64,000 nucleotides of DNA, taken from contig CALJUZ010000131.1 in NCBI GenBank assembly GCA_937975235.1, forward strand, positions 23,821 to 87,820. The letters are read 5' to 3'. This DNA is from an uncultured Bacillota bacterium. GTDB lineage: Bacteria; Bacillota; Limnochordia; Limnochordales; ZCTH02-B6. The notes under the pieces were generated by a model, which saw only the letters and a list, made by a program, of their open reading frames with translations, made no database searches and had not been told where the DNA came from. Positions 11,400 through 20,023 of this stretch are shown piece by piece (position 1 is the stretch's first letter; every line of letters starts with the position of its first letter). Both the position numbers and the translations under genes were made by a program.

Positions 11400-12893
11400 T
11401 CAGCTGGTCCCTTTATCTCCGCCCGGGCCGTCCGCGGGCGGGCTTTCGTCCGCGCCGGCGCCGGGCGCGCCCGCGCGGCCGGCGGCCGTTTTCTCCGCCT
11501 CGGCCCGCTGCCGCCGCCGCACCGCCCAGCCTTCGATGTTGCGCTGCTCGGCCCGCTCGATGGCCAGCGCGTCCGCCGGCACGTCTTTGGCGATGCTGGA
11601 GCCGGCGCCGGTAAACGCGCCCTTGCCGATGCGCACCGGCGCGATGAGATTGGTGTTGCTGCCGATGCGGGCGCCGTCCTCGATGACGGTCTCGTATTTG
11701 TTGAACCCGTCCCAGTTGCACGTGATGGTGCCGGCGCCGAGGTTGACGTCGCGGCCCAGGACCGCGTCGCCCACGTACGACAGGTGGGGCACCTTGCTTT
11801 CGGGGCCGATGCGAGACTTCTTGACTTCGACGAACGAGCCGACGCGAGCCCGCTCCTCCATGACGGTGCCGGGCCGCAAGTACGCGTACGGGCCCACGGC
11901 GCACCCCGGGCCGATGCGGCTTCCTTTGACGACGGCCCGCTCCACCGCCGCGCCCCGCTCGACGACGCTGTCGGCGATGTCCGCGTGGGGCCCGATGCGG
12001 CAGTCTTCCTCGATGCGCGTGTTTCCGCGGATGAACGTAAACGGCAGCACGGTGACGTCCGGCGCCAGGGAGACGTCGGCGTCGATGTACACCGTGTCCG
12101 GGTCGACGATGGTGACGCCTTGCAGCATCCAATGCTCGACGATGCGGCGGCGGTACACGGCCTCGGCCCGGGCCAGCTCGACGCGGGTGTTGACGCCGAG
12201 AATTTCGTCGGCGTCCGGGGCGATCACGGCCTGCACGAAGCCCCCGCCTTGGGCCAGTACGTGCACCGCGTCGGGCAGGTAGTACTCGCCCTGCGCGTTG
12301 TCGGGCCGCACGGCCCGCAGCGCTTCAAACAGGCGGCCGCCGTCGAAGCAGTAGGTGCCGCTGTTGACCTCGCGGATGGCCCGCTCCTCGGGGGACGCGT
12401 CGGCGTGCTCGACGATCCGGATCAGGCGCCCAGGCTCCGCGGCCGCAGGGGCCTGGGCCCGCACGACGCGGCCGTAGCCCGTCGGATCGTCGACCATCGC
12501 GCTCAGAACGGTGGCCGCGGCGCCGCGCGCCACGTGGGTTTCCACCAGCTGGGCCACGGTTTCCGGGCGCAGCAAGGGCACGTCGCCGCACGTGACGACC
12601 ACGGGGCCGCCGTGGCCCGCCAGCAGCGGCTCGGCCTGCATGACCGCGTGGCCCGTGCCCAGCTGCTCCTCCTGGACGGCGAACTCCACGTTCATGTCCC
12701 CAAGGGCCGCGCGCACGCCGTCCGCGCCGTGGCCGACGACGACGACGATTCTCTGGATGCCCGCGCCCCGCAGCGCCTCCACCACGTGCCGCACCATGGG
12801 GCGGCCCGCGACCTCGTGCAGCACTTTCGGGCGCTTGGACTTCATACGCGTGCCTTGGCCGGCGGCCAAGACCAGCGCCGCAGGCGTTGTCAT
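11400..12893 (-). CDS. glmU: bifunctional UDP-N-acetylglucosamine pyrophosphorylase / glucosamine-1-phosphate N-acetyltransferase
   Basis: MTTPAALVLAAGQGTRMKSKRPKVLHEVAGRPM... plus C-terminal left-handed beta-helix hexapeptide repeats. ATG 12893 has a GAGGGTG RBS. The 772-aa ORF-track entry is an upstream extension. Ala/Gly/Pro-rich C-terminal tail. Confidence 0.93.
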   Translation of the reverse strand: MTTPAALVLAAGQGTRMKSKRPKVLHEVAGRPMVRHVVEALRGAGIQRIVVVVGHGADGVRAALGDMNVEFAVQEEQLGTGHAVMQAEPLLAGHGGPVVVTCGDVPLLRPETVAQLVETHVARGAAATVLSAMVDDPTGYGRVVRAQAPAAAEPGRLIRIVEHADASPEERAIREVNSGTYCFDGGRLFEALRAVRPDNAQGEYYLPDAVHVLAQGGGFVQAVIAPDADEILGVNTRVELARAEAVYRRRIVEHWMLQGVTIVDPDTVYIDADVSLAPDVTVLPFTFIRGNTRIEEDCRIGPHADIADSVVERGAAVERAVVKGSRIGPGCAVGPYAYLRPGTVMEERARVGSFVEVKKSRIGPESKVPHLSYVGDAVLGRDVNLGAGTITCNWDGFNKYETVIEDGARIGSNTNLIAPVRIGKGAFTGAGSSIAKDVPADALAIERAEQRNIEGWAVRRRQRAEAEKTAAGRAGAPGAGADESPPADGPGGDKGTS

Positions 12894-12967
12894 GGGCTTT
12901 GCACCCTCACACGGGGAAAAGTTTGTGCCTTGTTTCACCTTCGGCGCCGCGACGGGCATTCCTGCGT

Positions 12968-13582
12968 CTACAGCTGCAACAAACCGATCAAGATGAGGAT
13001 GGCGCCGGGCGCGTAGGATCCTTTGCCGCCCAGCCACCCGGCCCCCCAGCGGCGGCCCAGGTGCAGGCCCACCCACGTCAAGAGCACCTGGGCCGCCGCC
13101 ACCAGCGCCACGGCGTAGGCGCCGAAGCCGATGAACGCCGCGCCCAGGCCCGCGGCCAGCGCGTCCAGACCCAGGGCCACGCCCAGCACTACCGCTTCGC
13201 CCGCGTCGATGGCGCCCGAGCCGTCCACGTCGGCGCGGCCCGGCTCTTTGAGCACCTGAATGACGATGCCCGGACCCGGCAGGCGGATGCAAAGGAGCGT
13301 GGCCGCCTCGTCGCGGCTCTCGGCCCAGCCTTTGGCCATGTTCCATGCGCCCAGCGCCACGAACACGGCCGCGCCCGCGACGTTCGGGGCGCGCCAGACG
13401 CCCGCGCCGGCCAGCGCCGCCCCGGCCGTCATCGCGGCGGCGAAACACGCCGCGCTGCACACGCCGATGACCAGAAGCGACCGCGCGGGCACCTGAATGC
13501 GCCGCAGGCCGTAGGCCGCGCCGACGGCCAGGCCGTCGGCGCCCAGCGCCAGCGCCACTGCGGCGGCGGACCAAATTTCCAT
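12968..13582 (-). CDS. ytaF: sporulation membrane protein YtaF (MntP-like family)
   Basis: Aligns by eye with B. subtilis YtaF, e.g. GIVIQVLKEPGRADVDGSGAIDAGEAVVLGVALGLDALAAGLGAAFIGF. Multi-TM. AGGGGG RBS. Confidence 0.75.
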   Translation of the reverse strand: MEIWSAAAVALALGADGLAVGAAYGLRRIQVPARSLLVIGVCSAACFAAAMTAGAALAGAGVWRAPNVAGAAVFVALGAWNMAKGWAESRDEAATLLCIRLPGPGIVIQVLKEPGRADVDGSGAIDAGEAVVLGVALGLDALAAGLGAAFIGFGAYAVALVAAAQVLLTWVGLHLGRRWGAGWLGGKGSYAPGAILILIGLLQL

Positions 13583-13696
13583 GGGCGGCCCCCTCAGCCG
13601 TCAATCCGTCCCAAGCTATGAGCCAGACTATGAGGGGAGCCGGGATGTTGACCGCCGCGCGGCGCGAAGGCCGTCGCGCTCGCCGGGGCGGCGCGT

Positions 13697-13726
13697 TTGA
13701 CACGATCCCCGCGTACACGGTATAAT
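13697..13726 (+). promoter_or_regulatory. consensus sigma-A promoter of tRNA-Gln
   Basis: TTGACA (13697-13702), 18-nt spacer, TATAAT (13721-13726). It lies about 40 nt upstream of the tRNA 5' end. Confidence 0.75.
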
Positions 13727-13768
13727 TTTTGTGCGTGGGCCGGCGAATTCGCTGGCTATTGTTTTCTT

Positions 13769-13842
13769 TGGGGCGTGGGGTAAGGGCAGCCCGCGAGACT
13801 TTGGATCTCGTTGTCTAGGTTCGAATCCTAGCGCCCCAGCCA
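13769..13842 (+). tRNA. tRNA-Gln (anticodon UUG), CCA encoded
   Basis: Manual cloverleaf. Acceptor UGGGGCG/CGCCCCA. D-stem GGGU/GCCC. Anticodon stem CGAGA/UCUCG with loop CUUUGGA. T-arm CUAGG-UUCGAAU-CCUAG. Discriminator G followed by CCA. 74 nt. Confidence 0.9.
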
Positions 13843-13843
13843 G

Positions 13844-13873
13844 AAGCCGCTGCAGAGCGGCTTTTTCCTTTTG
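13844..13873 (+). terminator. intrinsic terminator after tRNA-Gln
   Basis: Stem AAGCCGC/GCGGCTT (13844-13850 / 13857-13863) followed by the T-rich tract TTTTCCTTTT. Confidence 0.7.
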
Positions 13874-13933
13874 GGGCGCCCGGCCGCCCGCATGGCGGCC
13901 ACGGGGCGCCGGCGGCCGCGGCCGGCGCCCCGC

Positions 13934-14749
13934 TCATACGCCGGCCAGCCAGGCGCTGGGCCGGACCACCACTTCCCTGGGCCGCTCGCGCACCGCCTCC
14001 AGCACCACCAGCGACGTGTAGTCGTCCACCAGCTTTTCCTCCGGCGCAGCCGTTTCGATGAGGACGCCGATGCCGGCCACTTCCGCGTCGAACTCGCCCA
14101 TCAAGTCCACCAGGCCCCGGGCGGTGCCGCCGGCTTTCATGAAGTCGTCGATGATGAGCACCCGGGAGCCCGCCGGGACGGCCCGGCGCGACAGCGACAT
14201 GGTCTCAATCCGCTGCGCGGAGCCCGAGACGTAGTTCATCGTCACCACGGTGCCGTCGCCCAGGCGGCTGCTGCGGCGCACGATGGCCAGCGGCACGTTC
14301 AGCGCCCGGGCGGTCATCATGGCGATGGGGATGCCGCGGGTCTCCACCGTCACCACCACGTCCGGCTCCCGGTCGTAAAAGCGCGTCGCGAACAGCTCGC
14401 CGATTTGCGCCAAAAGCTGCGGCGCCGCCACGATGTCGTTCACGTACAGAAAGCCGCCGGGCAGGATGCGCTCCGGGTCGGACAGCGCCTCCACCAGGCC
14501 GCCCACCACCGCGCGCATTTGGGCGCCCGACAACAGCGGCGCGTAGCGCACGCCGCCCGCGGCGCCGGCGATGGTCTCCACCCGGCCCAGCTCCAGCCGG
14601 GCGAAGGTCTCCCGGATGATGGCGATGTCTTCGCTGAGGGTGGACTTGGCCGCGCCCAGCAGCTCGCTCAAATGGGTCAGTGTAATGGTCTGGTACGGGC
14701 GGTCTACGAGCAGTTTCGTCACCGCCGCGATGCGTGCGCTCCTTCGCAA
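13934..14749 (-). CDS. purR: pur operon repressor PurR
   Basis: The N-terminus (M)RRSARIAAVTKLLVDRPYQTITL aligns with B. subtilis MKFRRSGRLVDLTNYLL. The PRT-type C-domain carries VLIIDDFMKAGGT. TTG start at 14749 lies 9 nt after GGAGGGAGG. The ORF-track start at 14890 is an extension. Confidence 0.9.
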   Translation of the reverse strand: MRRSARIAAVTKLLVDRPYQTITLTHLSELLGAAKSTLSEDIAIIRETFARLELGRVETIAGAAGGVRYAPLLSGAQMRAVVGGLVEALSDPERILPGGFLYVNDIVAAPQLLAQIGELFATRFYDREPDVVVTVETRGIPIAMMTARALNVPLAIVRRSSRLGDGTVVTMNYVSGSAQRIETMSLSRRAVPAGSRVLIIDDFMKAGGTARGLVDLMGEFDAEVAGIGVLIETAAPEEKLVDDYTSLVVLEAVRERPREVVVRPSAWLAGV

Positions 14750-14831
14750 CGCCCGCGACCTCCCTCCGTTGCCTTCCGGGCGCATCCGGGAAGGCCGGTG
14801 CCGCCGGAACGCCTCGGTTTCGGCCGGGGCG

Positions 14832-15647
14832 TCAGCGGCCGCCCAGCTCCGCCGCGGCGATGGCCAGGTCGCCGGGCTTGTCCACGTCAAACCCGACCTC
14901 CGCGTGGGGCACCTCGATGACGGCGCCGTGGATGCCCAGCTTCTCCCGCACGATGCGCTCGATGTCCCCGGCCGAAAGCCGCCGGAGCAAGAAGTTGACG
15001 ATGAAGCCGAGCCCGAGAATCCGGGCCATGCCGAGAGGGTCTTTGCGCAGCGCCACCACCCGGTCGAACAGGTAGCGGCGTTCGAGGACCATGTCCGGGT
15101 TGAGCAGCACGAAGTTGCCGCCGGTGAACTGCCCGTCCCGCAGGCCGACGTACGTGCGGCGCACGCCCGGGAAACGGGCTTCGCTGGTCTCCCGCCGGAC
15201 CATGGGGTAGTACGCGTCCGGTTCCGGCGCGTCCGGGGGCGCGGACGCCCGCCGCTCCCGGCACCGCTGCAGGAACAGCTCCAGCGCTTCCACGGTGACC
15301 AGCGGAATGTCCGACGTCACCACCAGCAGGTGGCCCGTGTGGCCGGCGGCTTGCAGCGCCCGGGCGCCCCGCTCCAGGTTGTCCAGCATGGCGCCGCCGG
15401 GTTCAATCAACAGTTCGTCCTGCCGCACGTGGCCCCGCAGCCCCGCGGGCCCGACGACGCCCACGGCGCCCACCGACGGCGCGGCCCGCAGCACGTCCAG
15501 CACGTATTCGATCATCGGCCGCCCGCCGATGCGGATCAGCGCTTCGTACGGCGCGTCGTCCGCTTCCTTGAGGGGGCCGTCGTTGGGCGCGCCGGCCATC
15601 ACCAGCGCCGCCACGGGGGAATAGACTCGTCCTTCGCTGCTCGTCAC
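14832..15647 (-). CDS. nucleotidyltransferase family protein (MobA-like NTP-transferase fold)
   Basis: VAALVMAGAPNDGPLKEADDAPYEALIRIGGRPMIEYVLDVL... is a typical N-terminal NTP_transf_3-like pattern. GTG 15647 overlaps the ispE stop (GTGA). The 464-aa ORF-track entry is an extension through ispE in another frame. Confidence 0.6.
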   Translation of the reverse strand: MTSSEGRVYSPVAALVMAGAPNDGPLKEADDAPYEALIRIGGRPMIEYVLDVLRAAPSVGAVGVVGPAGLRGHVRQDELLIEPGGAMLDNLERGARALQAAGHTGHLLVVTSDIPLVTVEALELFLQRCRERRASAPPDAPEPDAYYPMVRRETSEARFPGVRRTYVGLRDGQFTGGNFVLLNPDMVLERRYLFDRVVALRKDPLGMARILGLGFIVNFLLRRLSAGDIERIVREKLGIHGAVIEVPHAEVGFDVDKPGDLAIAAAELGGR

Positions 15648-16606
15648 GGGCGCCGCCCCTTTTCCAAAATGCGGTGACCCCGGCCGATGAAGCGGCACGC
15701 CGCGACGAACAGACCGGGCCGGCGCAGGCGCCGGGCCAAGTCCGCCGCGTGGTCCTCGTCCTCGGCCAGACCGAACACGCTGGGGCCGCTGCCGCACATG
15801 ACCGCGCCCAGCGCTCCGGCCGCCGCCATTTGCCGCCGCAGCTGGCCCACCTCGGGATACAGGCGGGTGGTGACGGGCTCCAGCGCGTTGTGCAGCAGCG
15901 ACGCGACTTCGCGGGCGTCGCCGCGGCGCAGCGCGGCCGTCATCGCGTCGGTGCGCCGCCGGGCCCGCTCCTCCGCCTCGCCGTCGTCCGCCGGCCTCGG
16001 CTGCGTGGCGCGCCACTGGTCGTACATTCTGTACACCAGCGCGGTGGACACGGGAAAATCGGGCGTGGCCACCACGCCGGCCAGGGGCGGCGCGTCGGGC
16101 AGCGGCGTCAGCCGCTCGCCGATGCCGCGCGCCACGGCGGTGCCGCCCAGCAGGCAAAAGGGCACGTCCGCGCCCAGGCGCACGCCGATGTCGGCCAGCC
16201 GCCCGATGTCCAGCCCCAGCGCCCACAGCTCGTTGGCACCCACCAGGGCCGCCGCGGCGTTGGCGCTGCCGCCGCCGAGGCCCGCCGCCACGGGAATGTG
16301 CTTGTCGATTTGGATCGCTAGATCCGGCATGGCCTCCGGCGCGCGCCCCGCCTCCAGCATGGCCTCCCGCAGCGCGCGGACGGCCCGCCGGGCCAGATTG
16401 GATTCGTCGGTGGGCACGGCCGCGGCGTTGACGCCGTTGCCGTTGAGAACGACGCGGGCGTCATCGCCACCCAGCGGCGTCAGCGTCACGAAGTCGCTCA
16501 GGTCGATGGATTGCATGACGCTTTCCAGCAGATGGTAGCCGTCGGCGCGGCGCCCGACGACGTCCAGCGTCAAGTTGATTTTGGCCGGTGAACGGACGAT
16601 GAGCAA
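15644..16606 (-). CDS. ispE: 4-diphosphocytidyl-2-C-methyl-D-erythritol kinase
   Basis: MLIVRSPAKINLTLDVVGRRADGYHLLESVMQSIDL...IPVAAGLGGGSANAAAAL (GHMP kinase motif). TTG start with GGGAG RBS. Confidence 0.93.
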   Translation of the reverse strand: MLIVRSPAKINLTLDVVGRRADGYHLLESVMQSIDLSDFVTLTPLGGDDARVVLNGNGVNAAAVPTDESNLARRAVRALREAMLEAGRAPEAMPDLAIQIDKHIPVAAGLGGGSANAAAALVGANELWALGLDIGRLADIGVRLGADVPFCLLGGTAVARGIGERLTPLPDAPPLAGVVATPDFPVSTALVYRMYDQWRATQPRPADDGEAEERARRRTDAMTAALRRGDAREVASLLHNALEPVTTRLYPEVGQLRRQMAAAGALGAVMCGSGPSVFGLAEDEDHAADLARRLRRPGLFVAACRFIGRGHRILEKGRRP

Positions 16607-16616
16607 GGCCGGCTCC

Positions 16617-17894
16617 CTACTGTCCGCCGGAGAACGCGTCGCGGATCCAGCGCCACGTCCGGACGAAGAAGTTGGCCCGCCCCACGTCGGCCGCCGCCAG
16701 CGCCGGCACCCGGGCCAGTTCCTGATCGCCCAGGTAGGCCACCACCTCGCCCACCACCTCGTTGACGGCGATGGGCGCCTTCAGGTCCGCCCTGGGCACC
16801 ACCCGGTACCGCACCGCGTCCGCGTCGAAGCGGTGCACGAACACCCGCAAGTCGGCCCCGGCCCGCACGGGCACGTCCTCCCGGGCCGCATCGGGCACGG
16901 GCACCGTGCCCGCGGACTGGCCCTGCGGCAGCACCGTGTGCCAGCGGAAATTGTCGAAGCCGTAGTCCATGAGCCGGACGGTCTGCGCGGCCCGGGCCTG
17001 CTCGCTGTCGGTGCGCAGCACCACCGAGATGAGCCGGATGCCGTTGCGCTCCGCGGTGGCCACCAGGTTGTAGCCGGCGTTGTTGGTCCAGCCCGTCTTC
17101 AGGCCGTCGGCGCCTTCGTAGGCCCGCAGGAACGGCCGGTTGGTGTTGATCAGGTCAAACGCGGGCCGGGTGGCCGTGGGCTGACGGAGCCGGTAGGAGT
17201 CCATGGACGTCAGTTCCAGCACTTCCGGATACTTCGTGATCAGCTCCCGGGTCAGAATGGCCATGTCGCGCGCCGTCGTCTGGTTCGGCGGCTGCCCCTC
17301 CGGCGCGGGCAGGCCGTCGCTGTTGACGAAGCGCGTGTTGGTCATGCCCAGCTGCTGCGCCCGCAGGTTCATGGCCTCGACGAAGGCCGCTTCACTGGCC
17401 GCCAGATGCTCCGCCACGGCCACCGTCGCGTCGTTGGCCGAATGAATCGCGATGGCCAGCATCATCTCCCGCAGCGTGAACGACTCGCCCGCCGCCAGCA
17501 GCGCGCTGGAGCCGCCGATGCTGGCCGCGTACGGGCTGACGATGACCCGGTCGTTCCACGACGCGATGCCGCGGTCCACGGCTTCGTACGTCAGCAGCAT
17601 GACCATAATCTTGGCCAGGCTGGCCGGCTCGGTAATCATGTCGGGATTTTTCGCCCACAAAATCTGCCCGGTGCCCGCCTCCATCAGCAGCGCGGACTCC
17701 GCGGGAATGTCGAACTGCAAAACGCCCTGGGCCGATGCCGCGGCCGGCCCCAGGAAAAGCATGGACAATATCAGCAAGACAACAGCCACAGTACTGCGCC
17801 TGCGCACGATGACGCCTCCGCCTCCGAACGGGCGCCGCACCCGGATGGCGCGCCCGGGTTGATGGTCCCATTTCGCGCCCGCGAGAATCCCCAT
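16617..17894 (-). CDS. D-alanyl-D-alanine carboxypeptidase (S11, PBP5/DacB-type)
   Basis: SxxK (PASLAKIM), SxN (HSANDA) and KTG (LKTGWT) motifs. Signal peptide RRRSTVAVVLLILSMLFLGPAAASAQ. The start is uncertain (ATG 17894 chosen; the ORF extends to 17993). Confidence 0.85.
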   Translation of the reverse strand: MGILAGAKWDHQPGRAIRVRRPFGGGGVIVRRRSTVAVVLLILSMLFLGPAAASAQGVLQFDIPAESALLMEAGTGQILWAKNPDMITEPASLAKIMVMLLTYEAVDRGIASWNDRVIVSPYAASIGGSSALLAAGESFTLREMMLAIAIHSANDATVAVAEHLAASEAAFVEAMNLRAQQLGMTNTRFVNSDGLPAPEGQPPNQTTARDMAILTRELITKYPEVLELTSMDSYRLRQPTATRPAFDLINTNRPFLRAYEGADGLKTGWTNNAGYNLVATAERNGIRLISVVLRTDSEQARAAQTVRLMDYGFDNFRWHTVLPQGQSAGTVPVPDAAREDVPVRAGADLRVFVHRFDADAVRYRVVPRADLKAPIAVNEVVGEVVAYLGDQELARVPALAAADVGRANFFVRTWRWIRDAFSGGQ

Positions 17895-18046
17895 GGTTGT
17901 TCCGCGCGGGCGGGCGAGATCCTGCTCCGGGAAAATGGAGATTGTTGCCGGTTTTCCCGGCGGCACGAAGCCCTTAGAAACATCATACACCAATAGGAGC
18001 CCGCGGATCCGCCGTCTTCACACAATTGCGGGAGGGATCGGACTTC

Positions 18047-18757
18047 GTGTGGTTCGACCGCGTCGTCCTGCGCCCCGGCGCCGCCGGCCCGGCCGTGGCG
18101 GAAGCGCGCCGGCGCCTGCGCAAGCTGGGCTTCATCTTCCCGCCCGGCAGCGACGCCCGGCCGTACGACGAGGCGCTGGCCGCCGCCGTGGCCCGGTTTC
18201 AGGCCGCCTGCGGCCTCCGTCCCGACGGCGTGGTGGGCCCGGCCACGTGGCGCCGCCTCCTGGAAGACCGCCTCGGCCCGGCCGGCCGGTGCCGCGGGGC
18301 CGGACCGGAGACGCCGCCTTCGCCCGGGGAAGAGGCCGCGCCGTGGGCGCCGCCGGCCGGAGACGCGGCTTCGCCGTGGGCGCCGGCCGCCGGGGCCGCG
18401 GCCGCGGGCGCGTCCATTCACGTCTCGCTGGCGGAGCGCCGCCTGACCCTGCGCTGGCGGCCTCCGGGCACCGATGAGGCGGACGCCCGCGAGTTGTCGT
18501 TTCCGGTGGCCGTAGGACGGGCCGCCTCGCCCACACCGGCGGGCCGCTACGAGGTCAGCGAGCTGATCCTCCACCCGGGCCCGCCCCTGGGCACCCGCTG
18601 GATTCGCCTGCGGCCCGGCGCCTGCTCCATCCACGGCACGGATGAGCCGTGGACCGTAGGACAAGCGGCCACGCCCGGCTGCATCCGCATGTACAACAAG
18701 GACGTGGAGTTCGTTTTTCACCGCCTCGCGCCCGGGGCCCCGGCCTTGATCGCATAG
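18047..18757 (+). CDS. L,D-transpeptidase (YkuD domain) with N-terminal PG_binding_1 domain
   Basis: PG-binding repeat (YDEALAAAVARFQAACGLRPDGVVGPATWRRL). Catalytic SIHGTDEPWTVGQAATPGCIRMYNKDV. GTG 18047 lies 10 nt after GGAGGG. Confidence 0.85.
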   Translation: MWFDRVVLRPGAAGPAVAEARRRLRKLGFIFPPGSDARPYDEALAAAVARFQAACGLRPDGVVGPATWRRLLEDRLGPAGRCRGAGPETPPSPGEEAAPWAPPAGDAASPWAPAAGAAAAGASIHVSLAERRLTLRWRPPGTDEADARELSFPVAVGRAASPTPAGRYEVSELILHPGPPLGTRWIRLRPGACSIHGTDEPWTVGQAATPGCIRMYNKDVEFVFHRLAPGAPALIA

Positions 18758-18877
18758 CCGCCCGGCCCGCCCGCGCCGGCGCCTGCGGCCCTTGCAGGAA
18801 CCGTCTCGCCCGCCGGGGAAAATTAGATGAAAGCGATTGTATCGAGCGAATCGCCAGGCCGAAGGGGGACGAGCGCA

Positions 18878-19870
18878 ATGGCCGTAACGATGGGCAAGCT
18901 GCGCGGATTGCAGCAGCTGTCGACCGAAGAGGGCATTTTCACCATTCTCGCCTGCGATCAGCGCGGCGCCATGGAACGCATGATGAAGGCCGCCGGACGC
19001 GCCGTCGACCACGCCTCCGTCGTGCAGATGAAAATCGACATCGTCGCGCCCCTGGCCAAAATGGCCAGCGGCGTTCTCCTCGATCCGGACTACGCGGCCG
19101 CCCACCTCATCGCGGCCGATGCCATGCCCGGGCGCACGGGCTTGGTGGTGTCCCTCGAAGAGACGGGCTACGCGCAGCGCGACGGCGACCGCCTGACCCG
19201 TCTGCTCGAAAACTGGGGCGTCGACAAGATCAAAGCCATGGGCGCGTCGGCGGTGAAGCTGCTGGTCTACTACAACCCCCGGCGGGAAGCGGCCGCGGAG
19301 CATCAACGCCGCATCGTCGAGGAAGTGGCCCGGCAGTGCCAGGCCTACGACATTCCGTTCATGCTGGAGCCGCTGGTTTATCCGACGAAAGACGGCGACC
19401 AGGAGGCGTTTGTCCGGGAAAAGCCGGACCTGGTGGTGGAAACGGCCCGGCACATGAGCGAGTACGCGGTGGACCTGCTCAAGATGGAGTTTCCCGTGCA
19501 CCCTTCCGTGACCGACGAAGGGCAGTGGCGGGAGCAGTGCCGGCGGCTGGACGAGGCGTGCCGCGTGCCGTGGGCCCTGTTGTCCGCCGGCGTCGGCTTC
19601 GAGGAGTACAGCCGGCAGCTGCAGATCGCCTGCGAAGCCGGCGCGTCGGGCTTCGTCGCGGGCCGCGCGATTTGGCGCGAAGCGGTGGAACTCACCGACG
19701 AGACCAAGCGCCGGCAGTTCCTGGACGAAACGATGCCGGGCCGGCTGCAGACGCTCATCGACATCGCGGTGTCCACGGGCACGTCGTGGAAAGAACGGCC
19801 CTCGCACGCCTACTCCATGGCCGACGTGCCGGAAGACTGGTACGCGCAGTACAAAGGCTTCCAGATCTGA
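18878..19870 (+). CDS. tagatose-1,6-bisphosphate aldolase family protein (LacD-like class I aldolase)
   Basis: Aligns along its length with LacD (LSTEEGIFTILACDQRGAMERMM...SGVLLDPDYA...AVKLLVYYNP...DIPFMLEPLVY...LLKMEFPV...LSAGV). ATG 18878 lies 8 nt after GGGGGA. Confidence 0.8.
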   Translation: MAVTMGKLRGLQQLSTEEGIFTILACDQRGAMERMMKAAGRAVDHASVVQMKIDIVAPLAKMASGVLLDPDYAAAHLIAADAMPGRTGLVVSLEETGYAQRDGDRLTRLLENWGVDKIKAMGASAVKLLVYYNPRREAAAEHQRRIVEEVARQCQAYDIPFMLEPLVYPTKDGDQEAFVREKPDLVVETARHMSEYAVDLLKMEFPVHPSVTDEGQWREQCRRLDEACRVPWALLSAGVGFEEYSRQLQIACEAGASGFVAGRAIWREAVELTDETKRRQFLDETMPGRLQTLIDIAVSTGTSWKERPSHAYSMADVPEDWYAQYKGFQI

Positions 19871-19905
19871 GAAAGGCGCGGCGGCCCGAGCGGCGGCCGG
19901 ACGCC

Positions 19906-19953
19906 AAAAGGTGCTCCGCGGCGCACGCTGGCGCGGAGCACCTTTTGTTGTTT
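19906..19953. terminator. bidirectional intrinsic terminator between convergent genes
   Basis: 15-bp stem AAAAGGTGCTCCGCG/CGCGGAGCACCTTTT, with an A-run upstream and TTTTGTTGTTT downstream. Confidence 0.8.
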
Positions 19954-20023
19954 CGCCGGCGGCTGCGTCCGGCGCCCCTCCGCCCGGCCCCCGGCCGCCG
20001 GCGGCCGCCCCGCTCCGCCGCCT

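Noticed and set aside
13583-13696. yybP-ykoY (Mn2+) riboswitch upstream of the MntP-like ytaF gene
   Set aside because: No GGGGAGUAG-type core or four-way-junction pattern is visible on the ytaF-sense strand. The only GGGGAG is on the opposite strand.
11400-13718. 772-aa ORF suggesting an N-terminally extended GlmU. The analogous extensions are 14832-16226, 26426-28381, 37643-38731, 43468-45873 and 59565-60767.
   Set aside because: The extensions run through neighbouring genes in other frames and are low-complexity. Internal starts with SD sequences and alignment to known N-termini define the shorter CDSs reported.
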